From an uncultured delta proteobacterium (lineage in GTDB: Bacteria; Desulfobacterota; Binatia; UBA9968): a stretch of DNA of 64,000 bases. Under the pieces are notes generated by a model. That model was not told the DNA's origin. It searched no databases and saw only the letters and a program-made list of their open reading frames with translations. Every line of letters begins with the position of its first letter. Position 1 is the first letter of the stretch. Below, in pieces: positions 9,439 to 20,705 of the stretch. The stretch is taken from the NCBI GenBank assembly GCA_963847445.1, contig CAWJZV010000030.1, positions 160,001 through 224,000 on the forward strand. The letters are read 5' to 3'. Position numbers and translations under genes: made by a program.

Positions 9439-10866
9439 ATGGCTTACACCGATCTGCGCGAGTATGTCTCGGCGCTTGAGAAACATGGCAAGTTGAAGCG
9501 CGTCACCAAGGAAGTCGACAAAGACTGGGAAATCGCCGCGGTCTGCCGCCAGCTATTCAAGAGAATTCCACCGAACAAACGGCCGGCGCTGGTCTTCGAG
9601 AACGTTAAAGGCTTCGATATTCCCGTCGTCGCCGGCGTGCTCGGCGCGTCACGCGAGATTTATGCTCTGGGCCTGCAATCCGAAACGGTCGAAGGCATCA
9701 ACCGTAAATGGGACCACGCCCTGGGCAATCCCATTCCGCCGCGCATGGTTTCAGCCAAGGATGCGCCCTGCAAAGAAAACATCCTGCACGGCAAAGATGT
9801 CGACATCACCAAACTGCCGGTGCCAACCTGGACCGTCGGCGAAGATCCCGCGCCGTTTTTCACTTCACCCTATCTGATCACCAAGGATCCCGAAACCGGC
9901 GTGCGTAACGTCGGCACCTATCGTATGCAAGTCAAAGGGCCGAACAAAACCGGACTACTGATCGGCAAGCGCCAGGATATGGCTTGGCATATGTACAAGA
10001 ACAACGACAAAAACCAACCGACTCCGGTGGCCGTCGTCATCGGCGCCGATCCATCCATCGGCTACGTTTCGGTTTCCAAAATGTCCGACGCATTGGATGA
10101 ATTCGCCGTCGCCGGCGCGCTGCGCGGTGCTGCCGTCGACCTGGTGCCCTGCGAGACCGTGCCTCTCGAAGTTCCGGCCACGGCAGAGATCGTCTTGGAA
10201 GGCGAGATTCCGGCCAATGCATTCGAACACGAAGGACCGTTCGGCGAATACACCGGCTACATGGGACCGGCCGGTAACGAACCGTACTTCAACATCAAAT
10301 GTATGACCTACCGCAACCAACCGCTTTATCAGGCGTTCATCAGCCAGATGCCGCCGTCGGAATCCAGTTGCATCCGCGGTATCGGCCGCGAGTGGCCGTT
10401 GTTCAAGCATCTCAAAGACACGCTGCGAATTCCGATCAAAGATCTGCGCCTAAAAGAAGCCGGCGGCAGCGGCGCCTTTCTGGTCATTTCTCTAAAGAAA
10501 GAGTTCGCCGGCCAAGTGCGTCAGCTGATGTACGGCGCATGGTCGCAACGTACCGGCTTCGGCAAGATTACGGTGATCGTCGACGACGATATCGACGTGT
10601 GGGATGATTTCGCGGTGGATTGGGCGATGAGCTGGCATGTCCGGCCCGACAAAGATGTCTATATCGAACGCGACGTCCAGGCCGTCGGCCTCGACCCATC
10701 CCAGGCCCCCGCCGATGTACTGCAGCATCATCCGAGTCGTTACCTTGGCTCGCGCGTCGCCATCGACGCCACGCGCAAACACAAATATCCGGCGATATCG
10801 CTACCGCCCAAGGAGCATTTGGATTTAGTCGCGAGCCGGTGGAAAGAATATGGGATAGAAGATTAA
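9439..10866 (+). CDS. UbiD-family (prFMN-dependent) decarboxylase
   Basis: DLREYV..LE, RNVGTYRMQ, VPATAEIVLEG, EGPFGEYTGY, IVDDDIDV, IDAT. Confidence 0.92.
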   Translation: MAYTDLREYVSALEKHGKLKRVTKEVDKDWEIAAVCRQLFKRIPPNKRPALVFENVKGFDIPVVAGVLGASREIYALGLQSETVEGINRKWDHALGNPIPPRMVSAKDAPCKENILHGKDVDITKLPVPTWTVGEDPAPFFTSPYLITKDPETGVRNVGTYRMQVKGPNKTGLLIGKRQDMAWHMYKNNDKNQPTPVAVVIGADPSIGYVSVSKMSDALDEFAVAGALRGAAVDLVPCETVPLEVPATAEIVLEGEIPANAFEHEGPFGEYTGYMGPAGNEPYFNIKCMTYRNQPLYQAFISQMPPSESSCIRGIGREWPLFKHLKDTLRIPIKDLRLKEAGGSGAFLVISLKKEFAGQVRQLMYGAWSQRTGFGKITVIVDDDIDVWDDFAVDWAMSWHVRPDKDVYIERDVQAVGLDPSQAPADVLQHHPSRYLGSRVAIDATRKHKYPAISLPPKEHLDLVASRWKEYGIED

Positions 10867-10874
10867 ACAGCTTC

Positions 10875-10974
10875 GCGGTTCCAACAGTTCCAAACGTTCC
10901 AGCGGTTCCAGTCGTTGTCCGGCCGGTTCCGAAAACGGTTTGAACGGCTTGAACGTTTGGAACGACTGGAACGC
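10875..10974. repeat. Palindromic element built of 9-bp GTTCNANNC units (family A)
   Basis: gttccaaca-gttccaaac-gttccagcg-gttccagtc...aacggtttg-aacggcttg-aacgtttgg-aacgactgg between convergent genes. Confidence 0.8.
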
Positions 10975-11488
10975 TTATGCGCGGTTTCCGCGCATAAGCT
11001 TGGCCGCGGCCATGATCGACTCGATAATCTTCTTATAGCCGGTGCAACGGCAAAGGTTGCCGTGCATGAAGTGCTTCAGCTCTTCTTCAGTCGGGTTGGG
11101 ATTTTCATCCAACAACGCCTTCGACGCTAACAGCATTCCCGGAGTGCAAAAGCCGCACTGAAAGCCGCCATGCTCGATGAACGCTTCCTGGAGCGGATGG
11201 AGCTTGCCGTCGTCGAGCGAGTCCCTCGATCGTCATAACCGAACGGCCGCGTACTTCAAAGGCCAAAGTCGTGCAAGCGCTCACCGGCCGGCCGTCAACC
11301 AATAAGGTGCAGGCACCGCACACCTGCACGTCGCAGGAGCGCTTGGCACCGGTCAGACCTAAACGATCGCGCACAACATCGAGCAATAGCTCGTTGGGTT
11401 CGACCTCGATTTCTTGCAATCTGCCGTTGACGGTAAAGGACACCGGAATGGTTTGCGCCTCGGCATGCCGGGTCATGGATTTGGACAT
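10975..11488 (-). CDS. (2Fe-2S)-binding small subunit, CoxS/xanthine dehydrogenase family (frameshift near 11217)
   Basis: KRSCDVQVCGACT, SACT; second frame HPLQEAF...QCGFCTPG...GNLCRCTGY. Confidence 0.88.
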
Positions 11489-11534
11489 GAGGAGATCTCC
11501 TGATTCTATTCACTCGGCAATCGCCAAGCATTAA

Positions 11535-12386
11535 TCAGCTGACGATGCTGTTAAACGCGCGCTTCAACAATACGCCGACGATATGCTCTTTGTAATCTTG
11601 CGCGCCATGCAGGTCGCTGATCGCCTCTGAAGCACGACCAGCGATGGCCCCGGCCTGCGGCAACAGAGCCACCGCCTCATCCTTGCTCTTGCCGGTCAGT
11701 AAAGCTTCAGCTTCGGCGACGCGCTTAGGCGCCGGACCGGCGCAGCCAACGGCGATCTTGACATCGTCCACCGTCGTGCCGTTGAACGTTAACGCCACTG
11801 CAACACCGACACTAGGCCGTTCCAAATAGCCGAATTTGAGGTAGGCGCTACGGCTGTTGGCACTGGGCGCGGGCAGGTGGATTTCGGTAAGAAATTCATC
11901 GCCTTGCAGTGAAGTCTCATAAGCGTCGACAAAAAAATTCTCGGCAGCGATCTCGCGCTTGCCGGCGGACTTCTCGGCGATCATTTTAGCGCCCAGCGCC
12001 ATCAACAAGGTTCCCGGATCGGCGTGGGGCTCGGCAAAGCACAGATTGCCGCCGATCGAGCCGGCTTGGCGCACGCGCACGTTGGCAACGTTTTGCTCGA
12101 GCTTGACCAGCGACGGCAATTTCTCTTGCAACAGCGATGAGGTTTCCAGCTGGTGGTGGGTGCATAAGGCGCCGATCTTGATCGAACCGTTATCTCCGGC
12201 CACTTCGCCGAAGCCCTTGAGCTGCTTGACGTTGATCAACCGTTCGTAGTGAACCAGTCCTTCCTTCATCGCCAACAAGAGCTCGGTGCCGCCGGCGTAG
12301 ATCTTCGCACTGTCGCCGAAGCGGCCGAGCAGTTCGGAGACTTCCGCGGCACTTTCGGGTTCTTCCAATCGAAACCTTCTGAGCAT
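11535..12386 (-). CDS. FAD-binding medium subunit, CoxM family
   Basis: AGGTELL, IGAL, ANVRVRQAGSIGGNL, ISDLHG..DYK. Confidence 0.9.
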   Translation of the reverse strand: MLRRFRLEEPESAAEVSELLGRFGDSAKIYAGGTELLLAMKEGLVHYERLINVKQLKGFGEVAGDNGSIKIGALCTHHQLETSSLLQEKLPSLVKLEQNVANVRVRQAGSIGGNLCFAEPHADPGTLLMALGAKMIAEKSAGKREIAAENFFVDAYETSLQGDEFLTEIHLPAPSANSRSAYLKFGYLERPSVGVAVALTFNGTTVDDVKIAVGCAGPAPKRVAEAEALLTGKSKDEAVALLPQAGAIAGRASEAISDLHGAQDYKEHIVGVLLKRAFNSIVS

Positions 12387-12387
12387 G

Positions 12388-12840
12388 TCACTTGTCTCCC
12401 TCTAAGGTCGATTTAACCGCCTGAGCGAACTCATCGAGGACTTGATCGGCCTTTCGTTTGATAATGCCATGGCCGAGGGCGGCGAGCTTGCCCAAGATAT
12501 CCACTCCGGCGATAAAACTCACCACGGTCTTGTTGTCTTCCTCGCGCAGATTGACGTCGAGAGCGATTTTCATACGGCTGCCGATCTTGTTGTCGGCACC
12601 GGAGGCCTGAGCTTTGATGTGGGTCAGTTCTTCGCGCTCCAAGACTTCGATGGTCGTCGGAAACTCGACCTTGAAAGGTCCGACCCGCTCGACCATGGTC
12701 GCCGAATAGCGTTTGCCCTCTTCGACGGTTTTCGCGTCTTTACAGCCCGGCACGCAGGCGATAAAGCGGTCGATATCCCAGATAAAGTTCCAAACCTTTT
12801 GGCGCGGCGCGAGAATTTCTACTTGTTTTTCAAACTGCAA
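12388..12840 (-). CDS. CoxG / SRPBCC domain protein
   Basis: ORF 12388..12951; TTG 12840 after GGAGG; VWNFI.D...ACVPGC, VGPFK, GKLAALG. Confidence 0.8.
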   Translation of the reverse strand: MQFEKQVEILAPRQKVWNFIWDIDRFIACVPGCKDAKTVEEGKRYSATMVERVGPFKVEFPTTIEVLEREELTHIKAQASGADNKIGSRMKIALDVNLREEDNKTVVSFIAGVDILGKLAALGHGIIKRKADQVLDEFAQAVKSTLEGDK

Positions 12841-12962
12841 ATACGTTCCTCCGAATGACGATCTAATTTTGCTATCAAATGGCGCCGATCCACGCAAGCG
12901 AACCGGACAAATTTCACGCACAGGGTCGATAGATTGTGGCAGGCGGAGCAAGTTTGCTACCG

Positions 12963-13946
12963 TCAGCTCGCGCCGCTGATGTCGGTGGCATCTTTGAGTT
13001 CCTTGCTCAGATAAGTCTTTAATTTTTTCTTGACGCGCTCTTCGATTTGGCGCACGCGCTCGCGGCTGATGCCATATTTATCGCCGATTTCGCGCAGGGT
13101 ACGCGGGTCTTCGTTGAGCAAACGCTCGCGGTAAATCATCAGCTCCTTGTCTTTCAAACCCTTGGCGAACTGTTCCATTTTTTCGCGCAGCATCTGCTGG
13201 TACTGGTTTTCGGCGTATTCTTCTTCCGGATTCTGCTTATTGTCGGGTAGGAAGTGCAGCAGCGTCGCTTCGCCCTCGTCGCCGACGGGCATGTCCACCG
13301 ACAGGTCCCGGCTGGCCAAACGCTGCTCCATCTCGATGACTTCGTCTTCCTTGACGTTCAAGCGCTCGGCTATCAGCTTCGGTCCCACCGTCAAGCCCTC
13401 GGCCTCGATACGGGTTTTTTCCTTCTGCAGATTGAAAAACAGTTTACGCTGGGCTTGCGTGGTGCCAATCTTGACCATGCGCCAATCGTTCATGATGTAG
13501 CGGATCATGTAGGCGCGAATCCACCAGACCGCATAGGATGGGAAGCGCACGCCGCGGTAAGGATCGAAGTTCTTCACCGCTTCCATGAGCCCCATGTTGC
13601 CTTCCTGCACCAAGTCGAGCAGCGTCTTGAAGGATTTTTGGTACTCGCGGGCGATCATGACGACCAGGCGCAGGTTGGCGGTGACAAGTTTGTAGGCCGC
13701 TTCAATATTACCAAACTCTTTGTATTCGACCGCAAGCTTATGCTCTTCCTCACGGCTGAGCACCGCAAAGCGGCGGATCTCGGCGAGATAACGTTGCAGA
13801 GGGTCGAACGGCACCAGCGCCTTGCGGCTGCTGTCCGGTTCTTCCTCGTCGACGATTTTGGGCAGGTCGAATTCGGCGAAGGAGAGCTCGTTTTGGGGAG
13901 TTTTATCTTCTTCGACCATGAGCGGCGTCAATGCCCTCCCCACCAA
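12963..13946 (-). CDS. rpoH: RNA polymerase sigma factor, RpoH/sigma-32 type
   Basis: DLVQEGNMGL, YAVWWIRA, RpoH box TTQAQRKLFFNL, SRERVRQIE. Confidence 0.85.
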   Translation of the reverse strand: MVGRALTPLMVEEDKTPQNELSFAEFDLPKIVDEEEPDSSRKALVPFDPLQRYLAEIRRFAVLSREEEHKLAVEYKEFGNIEAAYKLVTANLRLVVMIAREYQKSFKTLLDLVQEGNMGLMEAVKNFDPYRGVRFPSYAVWWIRAYMIRYIMNDWRMVKIGTTQAQRKLFFNLQKEKTRIEAEGLTVGPKLIAERLNVKEDEVIEMEQRLASRDLSVDMPVGDEGEATLLHFLPDNKQNPEEEYAENQYQQMLREKMEQFAKGLKDKELMIYRERLLNEDPRTLREIGDKYGISRERVRQIEERVKKKLKTYLSKELKDATDISGAS

Positions 13947-14045
13947 AGACCGTGATCTAGTGGCTCACGCCAAGGCCTCGATTCGATCTAGGCAAATAGA
14001 TCTCAAGTCCGGCTCGACCGCGGTGGTTGAGGTAGGTTTTGGGAA

Positions 14046-14240
14046 CTAGGGGTTTTCCGGCACCTTGCGTACTTTGCCGGCGGCGATTTCACGTAGAGCG
14101 ACGACGACTTCGCGATTCTCGGAATCGATCAGCGGCCTAGCACCTTTGAGTAGATGGCGAGCCCGCTTCGAAGCCAACAACACCAACTCAAACCGATTCG
14201 TGACCTTTTCCAAACAGTCTTCGACGGTGATCCGTGACAT
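14046..14240 (-). CDS. rpoZ: RNA polymerase omega subunit
   Basis: MSRITVEDC...[14 protein letters not shown]...ALREIAAG. Confidence 0.95.
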   Translation of the reverse strand: MSRITVEDCLEKVTNRFELVLLASKRARHLLKGARPLIDSENREVVVALREIAAGKVRKVPENP

Positions 14241-14411
14241 TAGAATCTCCTAATCAAACACCAGGAGATTCAAACAGATTTTTGCGCCAAAATCAATGAA
14301 GTTGGCCGTGAAAGGGTCCAGGACCGCCCACTGCAACGCATTGTAGAAGCGGCCATGCGCGGAACTCGAGGTGCTAGATGACTCGGAGAGGGACAACGCT
14401 AAATCGATAAT

Positions 14412-14618
14412 CTAATGCTCAGTTAGGGCGTAGCACTTGCTCTTGGCAAAGGCCATGTCGAGGGCCATTCCGGTCACCACGGCTTGCCAGGCTTCGTCCT
14501 CGGAAAGGCCCCGACCCTTGATCGACCGCCAGAGATAAATGATCTCTTCCTCGGTTACGTTGTCAAATAGATCCGGATCCCGCTGGTTCAGTAAGGCAAT
14601 CTCATCGGTACGTAACAT
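14412..14618 (-). CDS. Small hypothetical protein
   Basis: 68-aa ATG ORF with protein-like composition; no recognised motif. Confidence 0.45.
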   Translation of the reverse strand: MLRTDEIALLNQRDPDLFDNVTEEEIIYLWRSIKGRGLSEDEAWQAVVTGMALDMAFAKSKCYALTEH

Positions 14619-14809
14619 GACAGTATGGAACCACCTTTGGAATATGATGGCTCGATCTAAGGAGCAATTGGCGGGCCAATCAACTAACTAGCTGAAACTG
14701 CGTAGTTTGGCTACAAAACGGTTGACTAACGCCGTCTGAATGGGCATAGTTTTGTTTAATCGGAGCGCAAAACATGTCAAACCGGCAGGGAAACTTCAGC
14801 TGTCACGAG

Positions 14810-15212
14810 TCAATCGATCACCGCGATCGCGGAAATCTCCAAGCATGCAATCGGGATTGTACAGGCGCTTGACTTCGACCAGCGTAATAGCTGGAAAGTA
14901 TTTACCGAACACCGCGCGATAGGCCCTACCTAAAGGCTTGTTGTTATTCCAATAGGCTTCCAGTTGCGTCACATAAATAGTCAACACGGCGTATTGATTG
15001 GGTTTGCCGCCTACCGACTCTATAGCGGTCTTGAGATTACTCATGACCTGGGTGAATTGCGCAACGAAATCGCCCTTCCCTACCACCTGGCCATGGACAT
15101 CGAAGGGCGCTTGGCCGGCGATATGGACCACGGTGCCGCCGGTGATCTTAGCGACATGAGCGTATCCGACAGGGGGTTCCAGTCCGGCTGGGTTGATCAG
15201 TTCGAAGGGCAT
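14810..15212 (-). CDS. RidA/YjgF-family protein (frameshift near 14842)
   Basis: NPAGL.PPVGYAHV, IAGQ, FPAITLVEV; alternative frame ends EISAIAVID*. Confidence 0.85.
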
Positions 15213-15235
15213 GGGTCACTCCGTGATTAGCTAGC

Positions 15236-16251
15236 CTAGCCGAGAGCAGTTGTCACAGCCGGGCTCCAGTAGTCGATAAAACTCTTCATCTCGCTGACGA
15301 CATCATCTGAAGCCGCGACATAGGGTAAGATCACACGAGTCGCGCCGGCTTCGACATAAGGCTTAATTTGCTCGACTACTTGCGGCGCCGAGGTCGCGGC
15401 GATCAACGGCAAGCTCGCGAACATGCGGTCGGAAACCAGCTTGCGCGCGGCGTGAAATCCGCCGGACTTCCAGGCCCCGCGCATGGCTTCGACTTCACCA
15501 GCAAAACCCATCCGGCGAAAAGATCGCGATAATAGTCGGCGAGCGCGTAGTAGGTCAGCGCATGGCTCAGCGCTTCGCGGGCGGTGTCATAGTTGGGCGC
15601 GATCGAGCAGCGAATCTTGCAGATGATCTCCATCTGCGCCGGATCCTTGCCGGCTTCCATCGCTCCTGCCCGCACCTCAGCGGCGATGCGGCGAATCTCC
15701 GTCGGATTCGCCATGTTGATCAAGACCCCATCGGCGATGCGGCCGGCAAGCCGAGTCATCTGCGAACCGAACGCGGCCAGATAAATCGGTATGGTTCGGC
15801 CCGAAGGCTTGAACGCCATCTTGAAGTTCTGCGCCGTGAAATACTTGCCGTCGAAGGCGAGTTTTTCGCCGCGCATCGCCGCCCGAACAATTTCGATGTA
15901 CTCGCGCACGCGCCCAAGCGGATGATCGAAGGTTTGGCCATGCCATTTAGCGATGGTTGGATTGGACGAGCCGATGCCCAGTAAAAATCGCCCGCCGGTC
16001 AGTTCGTCGAGCCCCATCGCCTGCAACGCCAAGGTCGCCGGCGTGCGGCCGAGAATATGATAAATCGCCGAGCCGACTTTCAGTTGCCGGGTCACCGCCG
16101 CCATCGCCGACAGCATCACCGTCGGATCCTTGTTATTCGCTTCACCGCCCCAGGCACAGTCAAAGCCATGCGCTTCAGCTCGGCGTGCCAGCTCAGGGAT
16201 GGCGTCCATCGGCAGTTGGGCGCCGGAATTGAATTCGATATCGATCTTCAT
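15236..16251 (-). CDS. LLM-class flavin-dependent oxidoreductase (frameshift near 15515)
   Basis: AEAHGFD..W.GE, GRFLLGIG, PIYLAA.G..M.RLAG.IADGV; ORFs 15403..16251 and 15236..15511. Confidence 0.88.
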
Positions 16252-16272
16252 GATGCTGTCAACAAGGCCAGA

Positions 16273-16879
16273 TTAGCTGTAGCTCGCCGGCAGATTGGTC
16301 CTGAAGATCTCGATCTTCTCCGACTTCTCGATATGGCGCATGAAGCGGTATTTATTTTCGACCTCGTCGATGGGAAACGGCGGCACCGCGGTTCTTTCGG
16401 TGCTGACTTTAGCGCCGATGAAGCAGAGTTCGTTGCCACGTAACCCGGCTGCCGCCGCCTTGGCGAACTCGTCAATTGTATTCGCCCATCGAGAATTCTT
16501 GATCCCCGCGGCGCGCGCGATGGCGACGAGATCGGTGCCCGCGCCGGTGGCGGTTGTCTTATTGCCCGATGCTTCGTAGACTTCATTGTCGAAGACAATG
16601 TGAACAAGATTGGTTGGCCGCATCCGCGCGATCGTCGGCAGCGAACAAAGATTCATCAACAATGAGCCATCGCCGTCGAGCGCGACCACTTTACGATGCG
16701 GCAATCCCAGCGCCATGCCTAGGGCGATCGATGAGCACAGTCCTAACGTGCGCACACGGAAATTGCCGTCACTCGGATGGAGCGCAGTTCCATTCCAACG
16801 TCATGGCGCCGGCGGAACTCACCACCAGGGCATCTTTCACTTCAGCCGCGAGAGCAATTAGGCAATCGTATCGTTTCAT
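16273..16879 (-). CDS. ThDP-dependent decarboxylase beta subunit (sulfopyruvate/phosphonopyruvate decarboxylase-like; frameshift near 16790)
   Basis: MKRYDCL start; DGDGSLLMNL...DN ThDP motif. Confidence 0.8.
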
Positions 16880-16895
16880 GGTCGTGACAAAATCT

Positions 16896-17417
16896 TTACA
16901 GCGACTTTAACGCCGGGCGCCGTCCCAGCACTTCTTTGGTCAGTAACAGAGCGATCGGTTTTTTGCCGTCTTCGGCGAGGATCTGCGCACGCTTGATTAG
17001 CTCCGGCGCATCGCCAATGTCGCGCATGACATAGTAGCGAATCCCCAGCGCTTGCAGCACCGGCTCGGTCATACTGCCGGTGCTGGCGAACGTCCGGTCG
17101 CCGATATCGCCGGCGTAATAAATCAACAGCAATACCGGGATTTGATACTGCAAAAGAGTGCTGACGATGGCGTTATTGCTGTTGAAAAAACCGCCGTTCT
17201 GCATGATCGCGGCGCATTTCTTACCGACCAAATAGCCGCCGGCGCAGATGCCCATGCCCTCTTCCTCGCGGCAAAGCGGCACGTGAATCACATCCTTGGC
17301 GTCTTCAACTTCGCGCAACAAATCGGACAGATTGATATCGGGCAACGTGGCGATGAGGCCGATGCCCGCGTCTTTCAATCCGTTGACGAGTATTTTTGCC
17401 GATTCCGCAGCAGTCAT
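16896..17417 (-). CDS. ThDP-dependent decarboxylase alpha subunit (ComD-like)
   Basis: LPD, REEEGMGICAG, MQNGG, TEPVL.ALGI; adjacent to beta subunit. Confidence 0.8.
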   Translation of the reverse strand: MTAAESAKILVNGLKDAGIGLIATLPDINLSDLLREVEDAKDVIHVPLCREEEGMGICAGGYLVGKKCAAIMQNGGFFNSNNAIVSTLLQYQIPVLLLIYYAGDIGDRTFASTGSMTEPVLQALGIRYYVMRDIGDAPELIKRAQILAEDGKKPIALLLTKEVLGRRPALKSL

Positions 17418-17580
17418 TGAAGCAAGTTCCTCTATTTCACCGAGCCGTTCTCCGCTTAACATCAATGGTAGAGTACTTCAAGCAAGCGCGCTGGTTGAGA
17501 CGGCACTTTTCCTTTGGCCGGTTTCCTAGTATAAGTGCGGCGTGTCGAACCAACTATTCTAACCTGCGAGGAGCCTAACC

Positions 17581-18183
17581 ATGATCAAGCTTTACGATTT
17601 CAAGTCATCGCCCAACTGCCAACGCGTCAAAGTCGTTTTGGCGGAAAAGAATCTGCCCTACGAAATTGTCCCGGTGGATTTGACGAAAAAGGAACAGAAG
17701 AATCCCGAATATTTGAAAATGAACCCCTACGGCAAAGTGCCGGTGCTGACCGACGATAGCACGGTGCTGTACGAGTCGCTGATCATCAATGAGTACTTGG
17801 AGGAAAAATATCCGGCGACCTCGCTGCTGCCCAAGGACCCAGCCAAGAAAGCCAAGGCGCGCATCCTAACCGACTACGGCATGGCCCATTTCGACAGCCC
17901 CTATCAGAAACTGCGCATGGAGCTGATGAAAGAAGCCAAGGAGCAGAGCCAGCCGATCATCGACGGCGCCAAGGCGGATTTGAAAAAACTCTTGCAGCGG
18001 TTCGAAGACGAGCTCGGCGAGCAACAGTATCTGCTCGGCGACTTCTCACTGGTCGACGCCAACCTGATCCCGCGCTTCACCCGCTTGGAAGGTTTCGGCA
18101 TCCTGCCCGACGCGTCGCTGCCGCGGCTGGGCAAATACATGGAACGCATGAAAGCGCGTCCCTCGGTCAAAGCGCTACTGTAA
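17581..18183 (+). CDS. Glutathione S-transferase family protein (SPNC type)
   Basis: SPNCQRV, NPYGKVPVL, YES.II.EYL, FSLVD, RPSVK. Confidence 0.92.
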   Translation: MIKLYDFKSSPNCQRVKVVLAEKNLPYEIVPVDLTKKEQKNPEYLKMNPYGKVPVLTDDSTVLYESLIINEYLEEKYPATSLLPKDPAKKAKARILTDYGMAHFDSPYQKLRMELMKEAKEQSQPIIDGAKADLKKLLQRFEDELGEQQYLLGDFSLVDANLIPRFTRLEGFGILPDASLPRLGKYMERMKARPSVKALL

Positions 18184-18217
18184 AACCAGGAAGTTTGCCA
18201 GCGATCTAGACCTCCAC

Positions 18218-20636
18218 ATGGAAGCGCCGAAAAGCGGTTTGTTCGCGACCGTCTTTTCGGCGCTGCTTCTTCCCGTCCTTAATTTTTTCGACAAACCGTC
18301 CCAGCCGCGCTACCGCGGCGAAATCACTCTCGCCGGATTGCAGCGCGCGGTTAACGTCGCATTTGACCGCTACGCGGTTCCTCATGTCCAAGCGGCCGAC
18401 GAACAAGATATGTTCTTTGCCCAAGGCTATCTGCACGCCCAAGAGCGGCTATGGCAGATGGAGATGAGCCGGCGCTTTCTCAGCGGCCGGATGGCTGAGC
18501 TGTTCGGTGACTTCCCTCTGCCCTGGCGTGAACTCTCCGGCCAATTTCGCGGCCACAAGACCAGCGATCTCGATTTTTTTATCCGCCTGTTGGGGATTCG
18601 CCAGTCGGCGATTCAATCCGTGCAGCTGCTGTCCGACAGTGACATGGGCAGGCTCAACGCCTATAGCCAGGGTATCAATCGCTACATCGAGAGCTGCGGC
18701 AAAAAATTCCCGTGGGAATTTCGCTTGCTGCGCTTTGCGCCGGAACCATGGACTGCCGAAGACAGCCTAACCATCGGCAAAGGGCTATCGTTCCTGCTCT
18801 CCACCGCGCTTTACACGAGGCTCAACTTGATACGGCTCGCGGCAAGGCTTCAGCATGACCCGGAGAAACTCCGATCACTACTACCCACTTACCCGATCGA
18901 CGCGCCGACCATCAGTCGCGCGATCATCCAGCAGGCAACCGGCCTTAGCCGCTTCACCAATGGGATTCTCGCCGACACCGATTGGCATGGCGCCGGACAT
19001 GGCAGTAACAACTGGGTGGTCGGTCCGGAGAAAGCCAAATCCGGCGGAGCGATGCTGTGCAACGATCCCCACCTGCGCATGACTCTGCCGTCGATGTTTT
19101 ATCTGATGCGTCTTGCGGCCGGGGAAGAAAGCGCTGGGCACAGTTTCGATACTTGGGGTGCGTCGATACCGGGGCTGCCTTGCATTCAATTGGGACAGAA
19201 CCGCAGTATCGCCTGGGGCATCACCGCGGCGCTCTGCGACGATGTCGAACTTTATAGTGAGCGGATTCACCGCATCGAACGCGACCGTTATCTTGCCGGC
19301 CAGGAGTGGCACAAGTTTGCCGAACGGCGGGAGCGGATAGTCATCCGGGGCGGTAAAGCAATTGAAAGAATCATCCGCTCCAGCCGCCATGGGCCGATCA
19401 TCGGCGATTTTGTTGGCACCGAACCCTCAGGAGAAGTGTTAGCCCTAAGTTGGTGCGCCACCGAACCGAGCCGGGAAATCCATTCGGTCTATCGGCTGAA
19501 CCAAGCGCGTGACTGGCAGGAATTCTTAACCGCGCTGCAATCACCACAGCGCGCCCAGTTTGAATTTCCTCTACGCCGACCGGTTCGGCAATATCGGTTA
19601 CGCCCTCGGCGGCAAAATCCCCAAACGCAGCGCCGAACCCTCGATCCTGCCGCTCGCCGGTTGGGATGAATGTAACGACTGGCGCGGCTATATTCCATTC
19701 GAAGAACTGCCGCGGCTGTACAATCCGCCAAGCGGTTTCATCGCCACGGCTAATAACCAGATCGTTGACTCGGCGTACCCCTATTATCTTTCCAACTTTT
19801 TCGAGCCGCCACAGCGGGTTCGCCGGATATACCAGCTGTTACAGTCACAGGAGCATTTTACTGCCGACGATATGGCAAAGCTCCAGCTTGACCAGGTTTC
19901 GCTGCATGCCGTGGAACTGATCCAAGCGCTCAACGCCGATCTGCGCGCCGTGCCAGACCGCGGCGGGATTGTTAATCACGCCGTGGCAAAATTGCTCGCA
20001 TGGGATGGCGACTGCACCGCGGCGAGCATCCCGGCGGCGATCTTCCATGTCTTTCATCAGCATCTATTGGCAAATTTGTTGCGCAGCGCGCTGGGCGACG
20101 AAGTGTTCGGCGCCTATACCGAGATTCTCAATCAGTGCATCGTTCCCACCGACAAAATCTTGCGCGATGAGAAATCCTGTTGGTTTGCCCAACGGTCGAG
20201 AAAAGCGCTGGTCGCCCAATCGCTAGAGGACGCTTGCGCCGAGCTGCGCCAATCCCTGGGTACGGACTGTGAGCGCTGGCAGTGGGGCAAGCTGCACCAA
20301 CTATCTCTTAATCATGCCTTGAGTCGTCTCGCTATACTGAAACCGGCAGTCTGCATTGGACCCACGCCGGTCGGCGGCGACGGCATGACTGTTAATTTTG
20401 GCTTTTATCGCCACTCCAATCCCTATTCACAGTCCGCTGGCGCGGCACTGCGCTATGTCATCGACTTTAACGATCCGGCGCACTCCGGTTACGTTCTAGC
20501 ATCGGGGCAATCCGGCCACCCTGGGTCGCCCCATTATGGGGATCAAACCGAGGCCTGGCAGAGCGGCGCAAAAATCCAACTTTCGTCGCACCTTGGCGAT
20601 TCCGATGACCATTGTTTAGTTATGAAGCCATGCTAA
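18218..20636 (+). CDS. Penicillin acylase / Ntn-hydrolase family (frameshift near 19545)
   Basis: QGYLHAQERLWQME, GSNNWVV, NDPHL; second ORF NFLYAD..GNIGY, GQSGHPGSPHY.DQ. Confidence 0.9.
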
Positions 20637-20705
20637 GCTGATTTGGGTCAATAGAACCAAACACTGGCGCCATCAATGCCGTCATCCAATAACGCAGGCA
20701 AAAAC

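Noticed and set aside
10875-10974. Short periodic repeats as a CRISPR array (also 23957, 33891, 42320, 61072)
   Set aside because: Units are 7-9 bp, degenerate and inverted, with no unique spacers and no cas genes.
10974-10998. Perfect 11-bp hairpin over the coxS-like stop codon
   Set aside because: Possibly a terminator between convergent genes, but no clear U-tract; not called.
17581-18183. First GST as a selenoprotein
   Set aside because: Open frame with no internal TGA; active-site region is SSPNC.
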